NCBI GenBank assembly: GCA_019828565.1
Contig: JAHDYR010000040.1
Coordinates: 268-64,267 of the forward strand
DNA: 64,000 nt
Reading direction: 5' to 3'
From: Carpediemonas membranifera BICM
Lineage: Eukaryota > Protista > Fornicata
The position numbers and the translations under genes were made by a program. The notes below the pieces were generated by a model that saw nothing but the letters and a program-made list of their open reading frames with translations, was not told where the DNA came from and searched no databases. Below, piece after piece: positions 22,470-32,884 of this stretch (the first letter of the stretch is position 1; each line of letters begins with the position of its first letter).

Positions 22470-23684
22470 CTAATTCTTCCACGGATACTTCGACAGACAT
22501 GAGGCATACTCCTCATTCGACCCTACAACCATGGCACAGCCATACGCAGCCCGCCCACTGGCCGCGTTCTCCGTCATCGACCGGCCGAAGTAGTCTGCCC
22601 AATACTCCCCATCGTCGAAGATCGCCTGCTGTATGGCTTTGATCGTCTTAGCAGTGGCCTTGCCGCCATCCATGTACTTGGCGTAAAGCTCGCTCATCTT
22701 ATACTCAATGCTGTACTCGACCTTGCCGGCATAGTTGGCATGCATCAAATCAGAGTAGTATTGAGTCAAATCCACCAGATTTCCCTCGTGGTCCCACTCA
22801 ATCGTCCGGAACGACGGGTTGTTCCCGAAGGTGGGGGTGATCGAGGGCGAGATGAACATGGGGATGGACCCGAAGACGCGGTGGAGGTCTGCATGCTCGT
22901 GGAAGAAATACATACCTGTAAAGCTCTCCTCGTGCTTCGTGACTATCTCGCTGAACCGCTTGAAGTCTGCCGCCATCCATGGGTCGACCTGGTCGAATCC
23001 GTTGACCCCGGGCGGGATGTGGCCGACGAGCACGATAGACGCGCCGGCAGCGGAGCTCTTGGCGACCTCAGACTCGAGCCAGGCGAACTGCTTGGCGGTC
23101 ATGTCACCCTGGTTGTACTGGGAGATGACGACGAGCGTGTTGATGACGATAATGTGCAGAGATGAAGAAACTTCGCGCTTGTAGTAGCCGCCGACCTTGA
23201 AAGTGCCCTGCTCTGATGGCATGAGCCACTTGCTCCATGCGGATGCCAGATCCGACAGGATGGAGGGCGTTATGTGGTAGTCGGGGAACCCGTCGTCGTT
23301 TCCAATGACGGGGATGCCATAGGCATGGGGGTAGCGCTTCGTGATCTCATTAGTCACATCCGTGATTGACTGAAGCGTCTGTTCCCATGAAACGGCAGTG
23401 TGGCCGGCAAGGTCGCCGCCGATGAGGAGCATGAACGGGCTAGGGACCTCGTCGACAATGTCATCCAACGAGGCAGTGATAAGAGACATCGGAGCGTCGC
23501 AGTTGTACCTACCGAATGACGCTACCGCTGCAGATGGGACCTCTTTCTCACAGTAGGAGGAGGAAGAGGACTTTTCCTTATAATAAGGGCTATAATGGAC
23601 ATCGTTGATCACTAGCAGCTCATACGCGGATATAAAGCCAATTAGAGCAATGATAGCTGCTAATCTATGGCCGGAAACACCCAT
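22470..23684 (-). CDS. Acid sphingomyelinase-like metallophosphoesterase (SMPDL3-like), secreted
   Basis: Signal peptide; DVHY, FGRYNCDAP, GDLAGH, IGNDD, GHIPPG, FHEHAD, PSITP..NNPSFR. Confidence 0.88.
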   Translation of the reverse strand: MGVSGHRLAAIIALIGFISAYELLVINDVHYSPYYKEKSSSSSYCEKEVPSAAVASFGRYNCDAPMSLITASLDDIVDEVPSPFMLLIGGDLAGHTAVSWEQTLQSITDVTNEITKRYPHAYGIPVIGNDDGFPDYHITPSILSDLASAWSKWLMPSEQGTFKVGGYYKREVSSSLHIIVINTLVVISQYNQGDMTAKQFAWLESEVAKSSAAGASIVLVGHIPPGVNGFDQVDPWMAADFKRFSEIVTKHEESFTGMYFFHEHADLHRVFGSIPMFISPSITPTFGNNPSFRTIEWDHEGNLVDLTQYYSDLMHANYAGKVEYSIEYKMSELYAKYMDGGKATAKTIKAIQQAIFDDGEYWADYFGRSMTENAASGRAAYGCAMVVGSNEEYASCLSKYPWKN

Positions 23685-23984
23685 GTCCGTTGAAGACAGG
23701 CTCTAGCAAAACCTTATCCTGCGATTTGAGCAAAACTTAGACTCAACAATTCTAATCCTGCGCGGCACAGCCTCGAGAACGACTTGAAAACTACCCATCC
23801 TTCATGTTCATCGACATCCTATCGTTCATGAATATGGTAGACAAGGAGGTGCGCGATGATGCCCGCGGATACCTTATCAGGCAGCTGGCTAGCCGTGCGT
23901 TACCTAATATACTTTACCATAAGATTACCTTCCTGTCTGCTTGGAGAACGATAAATATAACAATAACAATAGCATGCCCGGCGC

Positions 23985-26225
23985 CTATGATAGCCGTGGG
24001 AAGAACATCGTCTCCTCGAACTCGTGGTCCTCCACTGGCGAGGGTGGGGCCAATGAAATGAGTGGGCCCAGCTGTCGTGGATTTGACTCAAATTCACTCG
24101 AGTCAGCATCGGAGAACTCGGGGCCGGGGGCGTAGAATTGGTCCTCGTCGTTCTCGATCTCCAATAAATCGACACCGGATTCGCCCGAGTCACTCAAGTC
24201 GCTGACGGGCTCGGCGTCGGACTGGCCGCCGTCCAAGAGGGAGACTAGCCCGGCAGCCTCGGATGCCCTCGCCCTCTGGCTGACTGGGGCGAGGCGGCGG
24301 TAGGCCAGCCTTGCTTGGGCGGGCGGGCGCGGTGTCGGGTTGACAGCGACACGATGGGACCGCATCACCGGCGCCTTGGTGCCAACCGCGGCAGTCACCC
24401 CGTTGGCGGTCTCCCGGCGGTACCATCCGACCTTATGTGGCCGTGCCGGCCTGACCGCGCACCCGGCATAAAAGTTGACCGACTGGCAGAGGGGGAAGGG
24501 GCCCAGGTGGAATACGGAGACGACGACAGGCAGGTGTGGGTGCATCACATAAGACACAGAGACGTCCTTGAACCGGGAGACCAGCGTGTTGCGGGTGGCC
24601 TCTGCCATCGTCCGGGGCAGGTCGGCCGGGCTGGGAGCCCCCGTTGGGTGAAGCCAGAAGCCAGGCAGAGAGTCCATCGCCGCGGGCGGGCGGGGACGGC
24701 CGCCGTACTTGGTCCTGTCCGGTAGGCGGAGGAGAGTATCGCTATCGTCGCTAGGGACAGGGAGTACGTTGATTGCGGACTGGGGAACAGGGTAGGGGCG
24801 CATGACACCGCCCCACTGGCCGTCGTCGAAGGCGTACAGGTGCGGGTCGACCCACGGTCCCGTCTGTACGGTCTGCGGGCTCGCGGGGAACATGTCCACC
24901 AGCCGACCCAGCCGTACAGGGTCGACCTGCTCCCCAGTGGTGCACTGCTGGAATATGCGGTGGCGCTCAGGCTTAAGCGGCAGTGTGTGGGCGATCGGGT
25001 GGGAGCAAGTCATCGGGGCTTTGCCCTTGGTGTACGCAGTGAACGAGTTTGAGTGGTTATGGACCGCTAGTGATGCCAATAGTGTCTCGTGTAGTACGTA
25101 TACAAACGCCCCTGCCGAGGGGTGGTTGACGTTGGTCAGGCGGGTGATTGTGTCAGTGTTAAAGTCATAAACCATAAACATGCTGCCATTCCTGTCTTTC
25201 CGCAGGGCTACACGGTCCAGCAGATCTTTGATGGCTGTCACCCGTATCAAAATGTGGCGGTAAGAGATTTGCTGAATCTTGGCCATGACGAGGCGACGGA
25301 ATCTCGGGCTGTTCTTGTGGAATACAGTAAAGAGCTCGTCCATACCCCTGACATGCGGCATCTCATCGCCCCCCACAGCAGAGTTGAGCCGAGCAAGACG
25401 TCGTTCGCGTTGTACGGCCTTCTCGTGCTCCGACACCAGCTGCCGGTACAAATATGCCATCGTGCGGTGCAGCAGGCCGCTGAATACGTCCCTCCTGCTC
25501 GGTGCGCGGTAGGGCAGGGCCGGGTGGGCTGGCGGCGGGGTGGTCTCTGTCAGTGGAATGACCTTGACTGGCTTAAACGAGCACGACTCCCCCTCCGTCT
25601 CGAGCTGGAGAATGTGGATGGTCTGGTGGCGCAGGGACAGGACGGAGAAGAAGTTGTGGTACAGAGAGACGCCTGAGTTAAATGACAGCTGCACGTAGTC
25701 ATCAGTGAGTTTGAATTTGTCCACCTCGACGCCGTCTGCCAGCCGGATCACCCTGAAGCAGATGGTTTTGAAGCATGGGAGGCACTCTAGGTCGCTGTCA
25801 GCGGAGCATACAATCTGCCTTGCCGACCGGGAAGTGGATGCAATGATGAAGAAGCGCTGATCTGGAGAGAAGAGAAGGAAGTCTTTCCTGAGCAGACATC
25901 CCTCTCCGACAAAGCACTTGGTGTACTGAAGTCGAAACATGTCGCTAAAGGCCAGGTCCTCGCGGCTGACGGAGTCCGGGCGTCCGAGGCCGTGGAAAGA
26001 ATAGACGACGATGTCTTCTCGGGTCAGAGAGTAGGCAATGACGTACTGGCCGCAGGGACTGAAGGATTTGAACATCACATTGTTCGTTGGAACGTGTATG
26101 ATGGAACTAGACGGCGGAAAGTGAACGCAAAGCTTACGCTGGATGGTAGAACAGTTTGGGAGCCCACGTTGTGGCGGTCTATGATCTGCAAGCGCAAATG
26201 TGCGCCATAAGTTTGTATTTCGCAT
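23985..26225 (-). CDS. DET1: De-etiolated 1 (DET1)-like
   Basis: FKSFSPCGQYVIAYS, DDYVQLSFNSGVSLY..VLSLRHQTIHI, PWVDPHLYAFDD, VSYVMHPHLPVVVS. Confidence 0.8.
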   Translation of the reverse strand: MRNTNLWRTFALADHRPPQRGLPNCSTIQRKLCVHFPPSSSIIHVPTNNVMFKSFSPCGQYVIAYSLTREDIVVYSFHGLGRPDSVSREDLAFSDMFRLQYTKCFVGEGCLLRKDFLLFSPDQRFFIIASTSRSARQIVCSADSDLECLPCFKTICFRVIRLADGVEVDKFKLTDDYVQLSFNSGVSLYHNFFSVLSLRHQTIHILQLETEGESCSFKPVKVIPLTETTPPPAHPALPYRAPSRRDVFSGLLHRTMAYLYRQLVSEHEKAVQRERRLARLNSAVGGDEMPHVRGMDELFTVFHKNSPRFRRLVMAKIQQISYRHILIRVTAIKDLLDRVALRKDRNGSMFMVYDFNTDTITRLTNVNHPSAGAFVYVLHETLLASLAVHNHSNSFTAYTKGKAPMTCSHPIAHTLPLKPERHRIFQQCTTGEQVDPVRLGRLVDMFPASPQTVQTGPWVDPHLYAFDDGQWGGVMRPYPVPQSAINVLPVPSDDSDTLLRLPDRTKYGGRPRPPAAMDSLPGFWLHPTGAPSPADLPRTMAEATRNTLVSRFKDVSVSYVMHPHLPVVVSVFHLGPFPLCQSVNFYAGCAVRPARPHKVGWYRRETANGVTAAVGTKAPVMRSHRVAVNPTPRPPAQARLAYRRLAPVSQRARASEAAGLVSLLDGGQSDAEPVSDLSDSGESGVDLLEIENDEDQFYAPGPEFSDADSSEFESNPRQLGPLISLAPPSPVEDHEFEETMFFPRLS

Positions 26226-26399
26226 TCTCAGAGTAATCTAACGTGATTGATGAGTACTCTTGCGATTATGCGAGGACCGCGCACTAACCTGCGCGTAGAC
26301 TGGTCCTACTCAACCACCGATAAATAACTCCCCCAAACGAGGCTGTGACGAGGGACACACACGTGAGAACCTACTCGCCGACATTCGCACCTTTGTTGG

Positions 26400-27130
26400 A
26401 GGCGCTTGGGTGACCAGGACCATGAGCTGACCAGTCGGGTCAGACAAGCGCAGCTTGAGGCCGCAAAGTGCCATAAAGACTTAGATCCGACAGTGGTCGA
26501 GTTCCATGCCCCGAGACAGCTGTTCAACCCGGAGACGGAGAAGGAGGTTGAGCGACAGGTGTCAGATATGCTCAACCAGGGGGTGATTCGACCGTCTGCC
26601 ATGGAATAATCATCGGCAGATGATATCCCAGAGCAGGGATGACGACATCCAACGGGTGGTGTCTGCAACAAAAAGGGCGGCGCACTGAGACTGTGGGTCG
26701 ACTTCTAGGGGCTGAACGAAATGACAGAGTACAAGCTGCCCGACATCACCCAGATCCTACTGGTGCTGGCAGGCATGTGGTGTCGTGTACATCGACGACA
26801 TCGTGGTGTTTGGTGAGACGGGGGAAGCATACCGGAGTAACTTGGCGGAGGTAGTCATGTGGTTGGCGCAGCATTCGGTCGGCCTCAATGAGTAGATATA
26901 CGAGAGAGGTCGACCACGGAGGCGTTCGCGATTAGAAGCACTGAGAACGATGAGGAAGTTGGCCAGACGGAAGGTGACTGTCTTCACAGACCATAAACCG
27001 GCGAGGGTAAGAGCGCTGTCCACAAGGCAGCCAAGATTCGCGTTGGCCTCGAGCCCAAGCGGGTCGGCAACATCCAGACCAAGAACGGTCAGAGTAGGAT
27101 GGTAAGAGCGAGATGCTCTATTCTGCAACC
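26400..27130 (+). mobile_element. Highly degenerate, collapsed Ty3/Gypsy pol fragments
   Basis: EVERQVSDMLNQGVIRPS, KKGGALRLWVDF*GLNE, YIDDIVVFG, VFTDHKP across frames; approximate bounds. Confidence 0.75.
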
Positions 27131-27278
27131 GCCCGGGTCACAAGGATGACTCCTGCTGGGTTAAAAATCCTGCTATCAAGCCGAAGTAAAAGTCTGAATT
27201 CTCGGAAGGAACTGTCAGTGTCATGATGGCCATCAGTCTGCCGCCTCATATGAATAAGGGCAACGCTTTATGTACAAC

Positions 27279-28451
27279 TCAGAGTGCCTCGATCTCGATA
27301 CCCTCGAACTTGTGCGGCAGCGGCTCGATCGCGTTCTCCGGCATGATGACGCTGATGACCTTCTTCGCCCGGTCGATGTGAAGGATGCTGATGTAGCTCA
27401 TGAGACGGCCCCGGCCCTCGTCGTCGGTGTCCTCCTCCGTTCTCAGTGCGATAATATTGTTGGGGCGACCCGGTATGAACTTGAAAGAACTGAACCCTCT
27501 CTTGGGGATGAGCATCGATTCAATCCGGAGCTCCTCGACCTTCTTGAACTTCTCGTCCGCGATCAGGATCAAATCAGTCCCATTGGACCGGTCCTCCTCC
27601 TCCGTGTACGGCTTCTGACTCTCCCGGCGGGGAACGAAGAACCATGCCTTGTGGTAGTCGGACCACCCCACCGCCTCGTGCAGCAGGTATCCGGGGTACT
27701 CGGTGTGCGTCTTCGCACGGAGCTTGTCATAGACAGTGGTCCAATCAATTGATGTGATGTGATCGGTGGACTTGTCGAGCTTCTTGATCCACATCGGCTT
27801 GCTGTGAATGAATGCGCCGGTCTTAGGGTCAGCGAACTCCTTGCCGAACGAGCCGAAGAGAGCGTCGCCGTGATAAATGGTCGCCCACTCACACTTGAAG
27901 CCCTTGTTCGTCGTTTGGCCGTCGCCCTCGAGCAGGATGTAGCGGGACAGCGCTTGGGGCGCCCCGTCGACCTCCTTGACCTCGTACACGAGCCCGGTGC
28001 GGTCGTCGCATGCTAGGAGCCTTCCCCTGTAGAACAGCAGCTCCGACAGCTCCATCGCCCGGTCTGCTTCGTTCGTCCTCGTGTTGAACGACGCCTGGCG
28101 GTCCCAGTGGAAGTCATAGTTGTCGTCTGCGGTGAGGGAGAGTGTCCCTGTCCAGAAGTTCGATTCCCAGTAGGGCTTGGCACCGTCCACCTTGCTCGCC
28201 TGATCGTCGTCGCTGATGATGTGGATACGGAACTTTGTCGGCACGTCACCAGATGCATTGCTCTGTGGATCAAGTACAAGCACGAGCATGGCGATCAAGA
28301 AGCAGATGGCCGCAATTAGCCCAACCAATGCCACACGGACGCGCCAGCTCCGTATCAGGAGGAGTATGGAGCTCGCATTCGCTTTTGGTGGCAATACTCC
28401 ACCAATGAGCGCCCCAGACTCGATATCACGCTCACGGTCGCTGGGGTCCAT
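27279..28451 (-). CDS. Calcium-activated nucleotidase/apyrase (CANT1 family), type II membrane protein
   Basis: RAMELSEL, CDDRTG, KGFKCEWAT, GYLLHEA, PRRES, RGFSSFKFIP, KFEGIE. Confidence 0.92.
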   Translation of the reverse strand: MDPSDRERDIESGALIGGVLPPKANASSILLLIRSWRVRVALVGLIAAICFLIAMLVLVLDPQSNASGDVPTKFRIHIISDDDQASKVDGAKPYWESNFWTGTLSLTADDNYDFHWDRQASFNTRTNEADRAMELSELLFYRGRLLACDDRTGLVYEVKEVDGAPQALSRYILLEGDGQTTNKGFKCEWATIYHGDALFGSFGKEFADPKTGAFIHSKPMWIKKLDKSTDHITSIDWTTVYDKLRAKTHTEYPGYLLHEAVGWSDYHKAWFFVPRRESQKPYTEEEDRSNGTDLILIADEKFKKVEELRIESMLIPKRGFSSFKFIPGRPNNIIALRTEEDTDDEGRGRLMSYISILHIDRAKKVISVIMPENAIEPLPHKFEGIEIEAL

Positions 28452-28598
28452 ATGTTTGCTCAATGCGCAGAACTGGCAAAACAGGATGATGTGTTGAGCA
28501 GCGATACAGTGCCAGCCCGCGTTACAGTCCTAATAGCCAGTGCGAGCCTCATCATTTACATCGCCCTGTGTCTGTGTCGAGTCGACCACCATACCACG

Positions 28599-30128
28599 CT
28601 ATGATATATCCTGCACCGTGTATTCCTCGTCGCTGTCGTCCGGCTCGCTCTCGTCAATCAGGGTTGCCGTGCTGTTGTCCGGGAGGGGCTGGGTGGACGT
28701 CTCCTCGACAACGTGGTCCGTCTCGCTGGGGCTGCTCACAGCTTGCCCCGCCATCTCGACGTCCTCGTCCTCCTCGACCGCCTGCGACTTCCCCTCCACT
28801 GCCCCCTCCTTGCCCGGGTCCGGCTTGGCCTCGGCCACGGCCCACTGATCCCGCTCCTCGTACTCCTCGTCGTGGTGCTCCCCCCGCGACTCATCCCACT
28901 CCCACATGCGGAGCGTCGTCTTGTGGCATGATGAACAGACACCGATCCAAGCTGTGACCATCGCCCCGTCCTTGCCCGACCCCCGGGTCAGGTCTGCGTT
29001 CATCCCGTACAGCTGGCAGATGGTGTGCATGTGACGTCCGGGGCAGTAGCGTTGGAGGCACTTGATATCGCGTGGGGCGCCCAGGATGCGGTCAAACGGT
29101 CCGATCTGGAGTGAGGATTCTGTCTGCCCGGCAATCATAGGAAGCCGCACGTTATGCTGCGTCCCGTCGTCCAGGAACGGCTCAAGGTGCACGATAACGC
29201 GTGGCGGCATGGCGGTGGCTGCAGCCCGCTCGTCGTCTCCGGTAGGCCTAAGCTGCACCATGCCCTTCTCTTCCCGGTTCCTGCGGAAGAGGGTCGGGAG
29301 CCACGTCGACAGCATGCCGTTCTTCAGCTCACTGGGGGCATCATCGCCCAGGCCGGGCAGGATCACCTTCTGGTCCCGGAAGTGCTGCCACGCCCTGCTG
29401 CACACCAGCATGGCGAACACCCGCTCGCTGCGACGCGAGCCCACGTCCGTCATGTCATATGGGGGCTCTTCGATAAACTCCCGGGGTGGGGCTCCGTTGT
29501 TCGTCGTCGGGGTCAAGCTGGCCAGCTTGGGCGGGGAGGATAACATGTGCACGTCCCCGTCCGACTCATCGGACTCCAATGGGCTCTCTGCGGTCGGCTC
29601 CCAGTCGGCGAGGATGTCGTCCGGGTTGCTGGCCTTCGTAGTGCTCTTCACGTCCTTGCTCTTGTCAGTGCCCACGTCTTCTTGTTCGTTCTTATCCACA
29701 AAGTCGTCTTCGAAGTCAATCAACTCCACCTGCTGCACAATGGCGCTCTTTGTCTCATAGCTGGCGATCGAATCGGGAACCTGGAATATGGTTTCAACGA
29801 GCTCGTCGAGATTCAACCGGATCAGCGGCGTCAAGTATCCACCGCGGCCTTTGCCCCTGCACGAGCAGACAATGGGCGCGGAGCCGGTTGGGACACCGTC
29901 CAGGTCGGAGTCCCACCCACCGTATACGGACTGGTTGTACTGGATGCGTTCAGAAGTAGTAACAGTCACCGGATGAAAGGCTAGATACCGCTGCTTCTCA
30001 TCCTTGGCGTCGGCATTTGGCCCCAAGCCGTTGTTCTCATGCGCAGGATGGCGCATGACAGCATCGGCCAGAATATGATCGAACCGAATGATATCCGTCG
30101 TGGATAGATCGGCTACGTGCTTGCTCAT
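28599..30128 (-). CDS. Hypothetical protein, possible R3H-like motif, acidic tail
   Basis: ATG 30128 (MSKHVAD; the upstream ORF extension overlaps BBS5); GRHMHTICQLYGM resembles R3H. Confidence 0.65.
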   Translation of the reverse strand: MSKHVADLSTTDIIRFDHILADAVMRHPAHENNGLGPNADAKDEKQRYLAFHPVTVTTSERIQYNQSVYGGWDSDLDGVPTGSAPIVCSCRGKGRGGYLTPLIRLNLDELVETIFQVPDSIASYETKSAIVQQVELIDFEDDFVDKNEQEDVGTDKSKDVKSTTKASNPDDILADWEPTAESPLESDESDGDVHMLSSPPKLASLTPTTNNGAPPREFIEEPPYDMTDVGSRRSERVFAMLVCSRAWQHFRDQKVILPGLGDDAPSELKNGMLSTWLPTLFRRNREEKGMVQLRPTGDDERAAATAMPPRVIVHLEPFLDDGTQHNVRLPMIAGQTESSLQIGPFDRILGAPRDIKCLQRYCPGRHMHTICQLYGMNADLTRGSGKDGAMVTAWIGVCSSCHKTTLRMWEWDESRGEHHDEEYEERDQWAVAEAKPDPGKEGAVEGKSQAVEEDEDVEMAGQAVSSPSETDHVVEETSTQPLPDNSTATLIDESEPDDSDEEYTVQDIS

Positions 30129-30276
30129 CGTCGTATTTACACCTTTCGAGCTCACGTTCGATTCTTTCAAAGTTCCAGTATGTAACACGTAAATGCAGCT
30201 TCTCTGCCCCATAAATCGCCCCACGCCATACCAAACGCTCGGCCTACTCCATTTATCGAACAAACCCCCGCTCCAC

Positions 30277-31332
30277 TCACCCGCTGCCCCCCAACCCGCC
30301 CAGGGCAAATAGGTCGGCCACGTGATAGCCCGTGGGGGGCGCCTCCACCAACAGCCCCAGGCCAGGGTCGAGGATGGGTGCCCGTCCGCCCTGGGCCCGC
30401 ACCATGTACCGGCTGAGCGGGTCGACTGGGTTCGCCCGCTTGGTGACGGTGACATCGCTGGCTCGGGGGGCCGGCTGGGGGGTTGCTGAAGCGACATCGA
30501 CTACAGTGCGGGTGATGCCGAAGAAGGGCTTGGCGCGGAATGCCCGGATGAGGGCGATGAGCTCTTCCTTGATCTGGACCAGACGAGACTCCGGATCGAT
30601 CTTGAAGCCCAGGGTAAAGCGCTTGGTAGGATCACTGGCTGACACCGCGCTGATTACTAGTGCGCGGCCAAATTTGGAATCGTGGCTGCACATTTGAGTG
30701 ATTTTGAGATATGGAATAGATACGTTGAAGTTGTCGGTGTTATTACTGAACCACACCACCCTCACTGATGTGACCACTAGTGTGCCAAGGCTGCCCTGTG
30801 ACTCCTGGGAGCTGAGCGACCACACGCCGTCGTACGACGAGTACTGCTCCTCCTGGGGCAGCAGCACGAGCCGCTTGTTCTGGACGAACCCACCCCTGAG
30901 TGTGAGGTTCCTGTAGAGCTTGGATGTGTCGTATGCCCTCTGGACTGCCTGGACGGAGCTGAACATGCGGGGGGATGTCTGGTGGAGGTGGGTGAAGACG
31001 AACTCGTACTGAGAGGACTTCGAGGCGAATACGATGAACAGGGCCTGGGATACGCCGCGTAGGGCGGAGCGTGCGCTGTGGATCGCGAGGTTCTTGAGGC
31101 AGCTGAAGCCCATCGAAAGATTGATCGCCGATGTGCCTGAAGAAACCCATATGAGACGAAGGTTAGTTATTGTCAGAGTTCCCTCCATTCCAGCGTTTCC
31201 CTTCGTGTCCTCGACGCGGTAAATCACATCTGCTGCGTACTCGCCAGGACAAAGTTCCAGCCTTGATTTGTCAACGTCAAAGAGTACTTCTTGATCTTGC
31301 CATATGATTTTCTCGTTTTCGTAGTCAGCCAT
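30277..31332 (-). CDS. BBS5: Bardet-Biedl syndrome 5 protein
   Basis: WQDQEVLFD, VEDTKGN, TNLRLIW, YEFVFT, GVWSLS..QGSLG, FNVSIPY, SKFGRALVI, LGFKIDP. Confidence 0.95.
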   Translation of the reverse strand: MADYENEKIIWQDQEVLFDVDKSRLELCPGEYAADVIYRVEDTKGNAGMEGTLTITNLRLIWVSSGTSAINLSMGFSCLKNLAIHSARSALRGVSQALFIVFASKSSQYEFVFTHLHQTSPRMFSSVQAVQRAYDTSKLYRNLTLRGGFVQNKRLVLLPQEEQYSSYDGVWSLSSQESQGSLGTLVVTSVRVVWFSNNTDNFNVSIPYLKITQMCSHDSKFGRALVISAVSASDPTKRFTLGFKIDPESRLVQIKEELIALIRAFRAKPFFGITRTVVDVASATPQPAPRASDVTVTKRANPVDPLSRYMVRAQGGRAPILDPGLGLLVEAPPTGYHVADLFALGGLGGSG

Positions 31333-31508
31333 CAACCAACAGCTTCAAACTGAGCTTGATGTTTTTGGCATAAACTGCGATTAAAAAATGATGTAACCAC
31401 TACAAAGTGCACCCACTCACAGCCCACAACAGAGCTCGCGCGAAGCACTGGTACTCATACGACCCCGCCCGCCGTGATTCATTTATCTCCCGGTCAGGAC
31501 CTCTGCGT

Positions 31509-32297
31509 TCAATCGCGGACATGGTCCAAGAGCTCGGCCAGACTCCGGAGGCCCTTGACATATCCCTCGTCAATGCCGTTGATTACCTCAATGTGCGGGA
31601 AATCGATCATCCCGATCCTGCTGACGCCACCCGCGCCAGAGTCGAAGCACAGCAGGAGGGATGTGCTGATGAAACGGTGCCCGGCACCCCGCGGCCCAGA
31701 CATCACGTCCAGCAGCCCGTTGACCTGGTCACGAATAGTCGCAAGTTGTTCCTCCGACGCATCGGCAAAGAAGGTCTTGAAGAAGGAAGGAAGGTCCTCC
31801 TTCTTCAGGTCCCGGCCCACGAACTTGGATTTCTTTTCCACATAGCCGTCCGCCAAGGTCTTGAGTGTTCCGTTGACCCTGAAGCCGAGTTCCCAAGAAG
31901 TCGTCGCCTTGCACTTCTTCACTGATTTCGCCATCTTTGACTCCGAGGCAGTCTGGCGGTGCTGGATGACGCCCATCTTGAGCTCTATAGCGTTGGGACG
32001 TTCCATTCCGCGGAAGAGATTCGACATGCAGATGAAGGGCTTCGCGGTGGAACCCGCCGGTGGTTCGCCACTGATAAACTTGCCATCGGCTTTTTTGTGA
32101 TATACACCATAGTATTCAGGGCAATATTCCACGAGTGAGCTATCGGGTAGTATTTTCTCGAAGAAAGTCCTTTCACTGTCGATAGCGAGCATTTTCAAAA
32201 TAAATAACCGCGAATCATCGCGCGCAACCAGCTTATGGCCAGCTATTGCTATGTCATCGTGGTTTTTACTCGATACTGAGATCTCCGAAGGCGGCAT
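31509..32297 (-). CDS. Inositol polyphosphate kinase (IPK/IPMK family)
   Basis: AIAGH, PEYYG, PNAIELKMG, SWELGFRVNG, STSLLLCFD, MIDFPH, DEGYVKGL. Confidence 0.88.
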   Translation of the reverse strand: MPPSEISVSSKNHDDIAIAGHKLVARDDSRLFILKMLAIDSERTFFEKILPDSSLVEYCPEYYGVYHKKADGKFISGEPPAGSTAKPFICMSNLFRGMERPNAIELKMGVIQHRQTASESKMAKSVKKCKATTSWELGFRVNGTLKTLADGYVEKKSKFVGRDLKKEDLPSFFKTFFADASEEQLATIRDQVNGLLDVMSGPRGAGHRFISTSLLLCFDSGAGGVSRIGMIDFPHIEVINGIDEGYVKGLRSLAELLDHVRD

Positions 32298-32569
32298 TCT
32301 TGGAACTGCGACAAACCTGCGGGAAATCTGCAGCCTGATCCGATTCAATCCTGCTTCTCGGAAGTCAAGAGACTTCGCAAACAATGACGTCTGTAGCCAA
32401 CCGCGTCCATTTCTGGGTCAACGCCATTTCACTCCAAATGAAGGGGGGCCGACCAGACACTCCAGTGTGGTGGGGCTCGGATAATAGAGTTGCACTAGTG
32501 GTAGACAAACCTTTCGAGTACAGGTTGGAGTGATGTCGCCGATGTTTTGTGTCAATGTCTCGATGTCGG

Positions 32570-32792
32570 GTCTGCCGCCTCCTATGAATAAGGGCAACGC
32601 TTTATGTACAACTCAGAGTGCCTCGATCTCGATACCCTCGAACTTGTAAGGAAGTCCTTGTTCGTCGTTTGGCCGTCGCCCTCGAGCAGGATGTAGCGGG
32701 ACAGCGCTTGGGGCGCCCCGTCGACCTCCTTGACCTCGTACACGAGCCCGGTGCGGTCGTCGCATGCTAGGAGCCTTCCCCTGTAGAACAGC
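32570..32792 (-). pseudogene. Internally deleted partial copy of the apyrase gene
   Basis: 32570-32647 matches 27236-27313 (1 mismatch); 32656-32792 matches 27902-28038. Confidence 0.92.
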
Positions 32793-32884
32793 GGCGCCAT
32801 GGCCCATGGTCTATCTCGTTCGTTCTCGTCGGCCTGTCCCTGTAAGGTAACGTCATCATAAAAAAAGTCCTTAAAACTACACAT

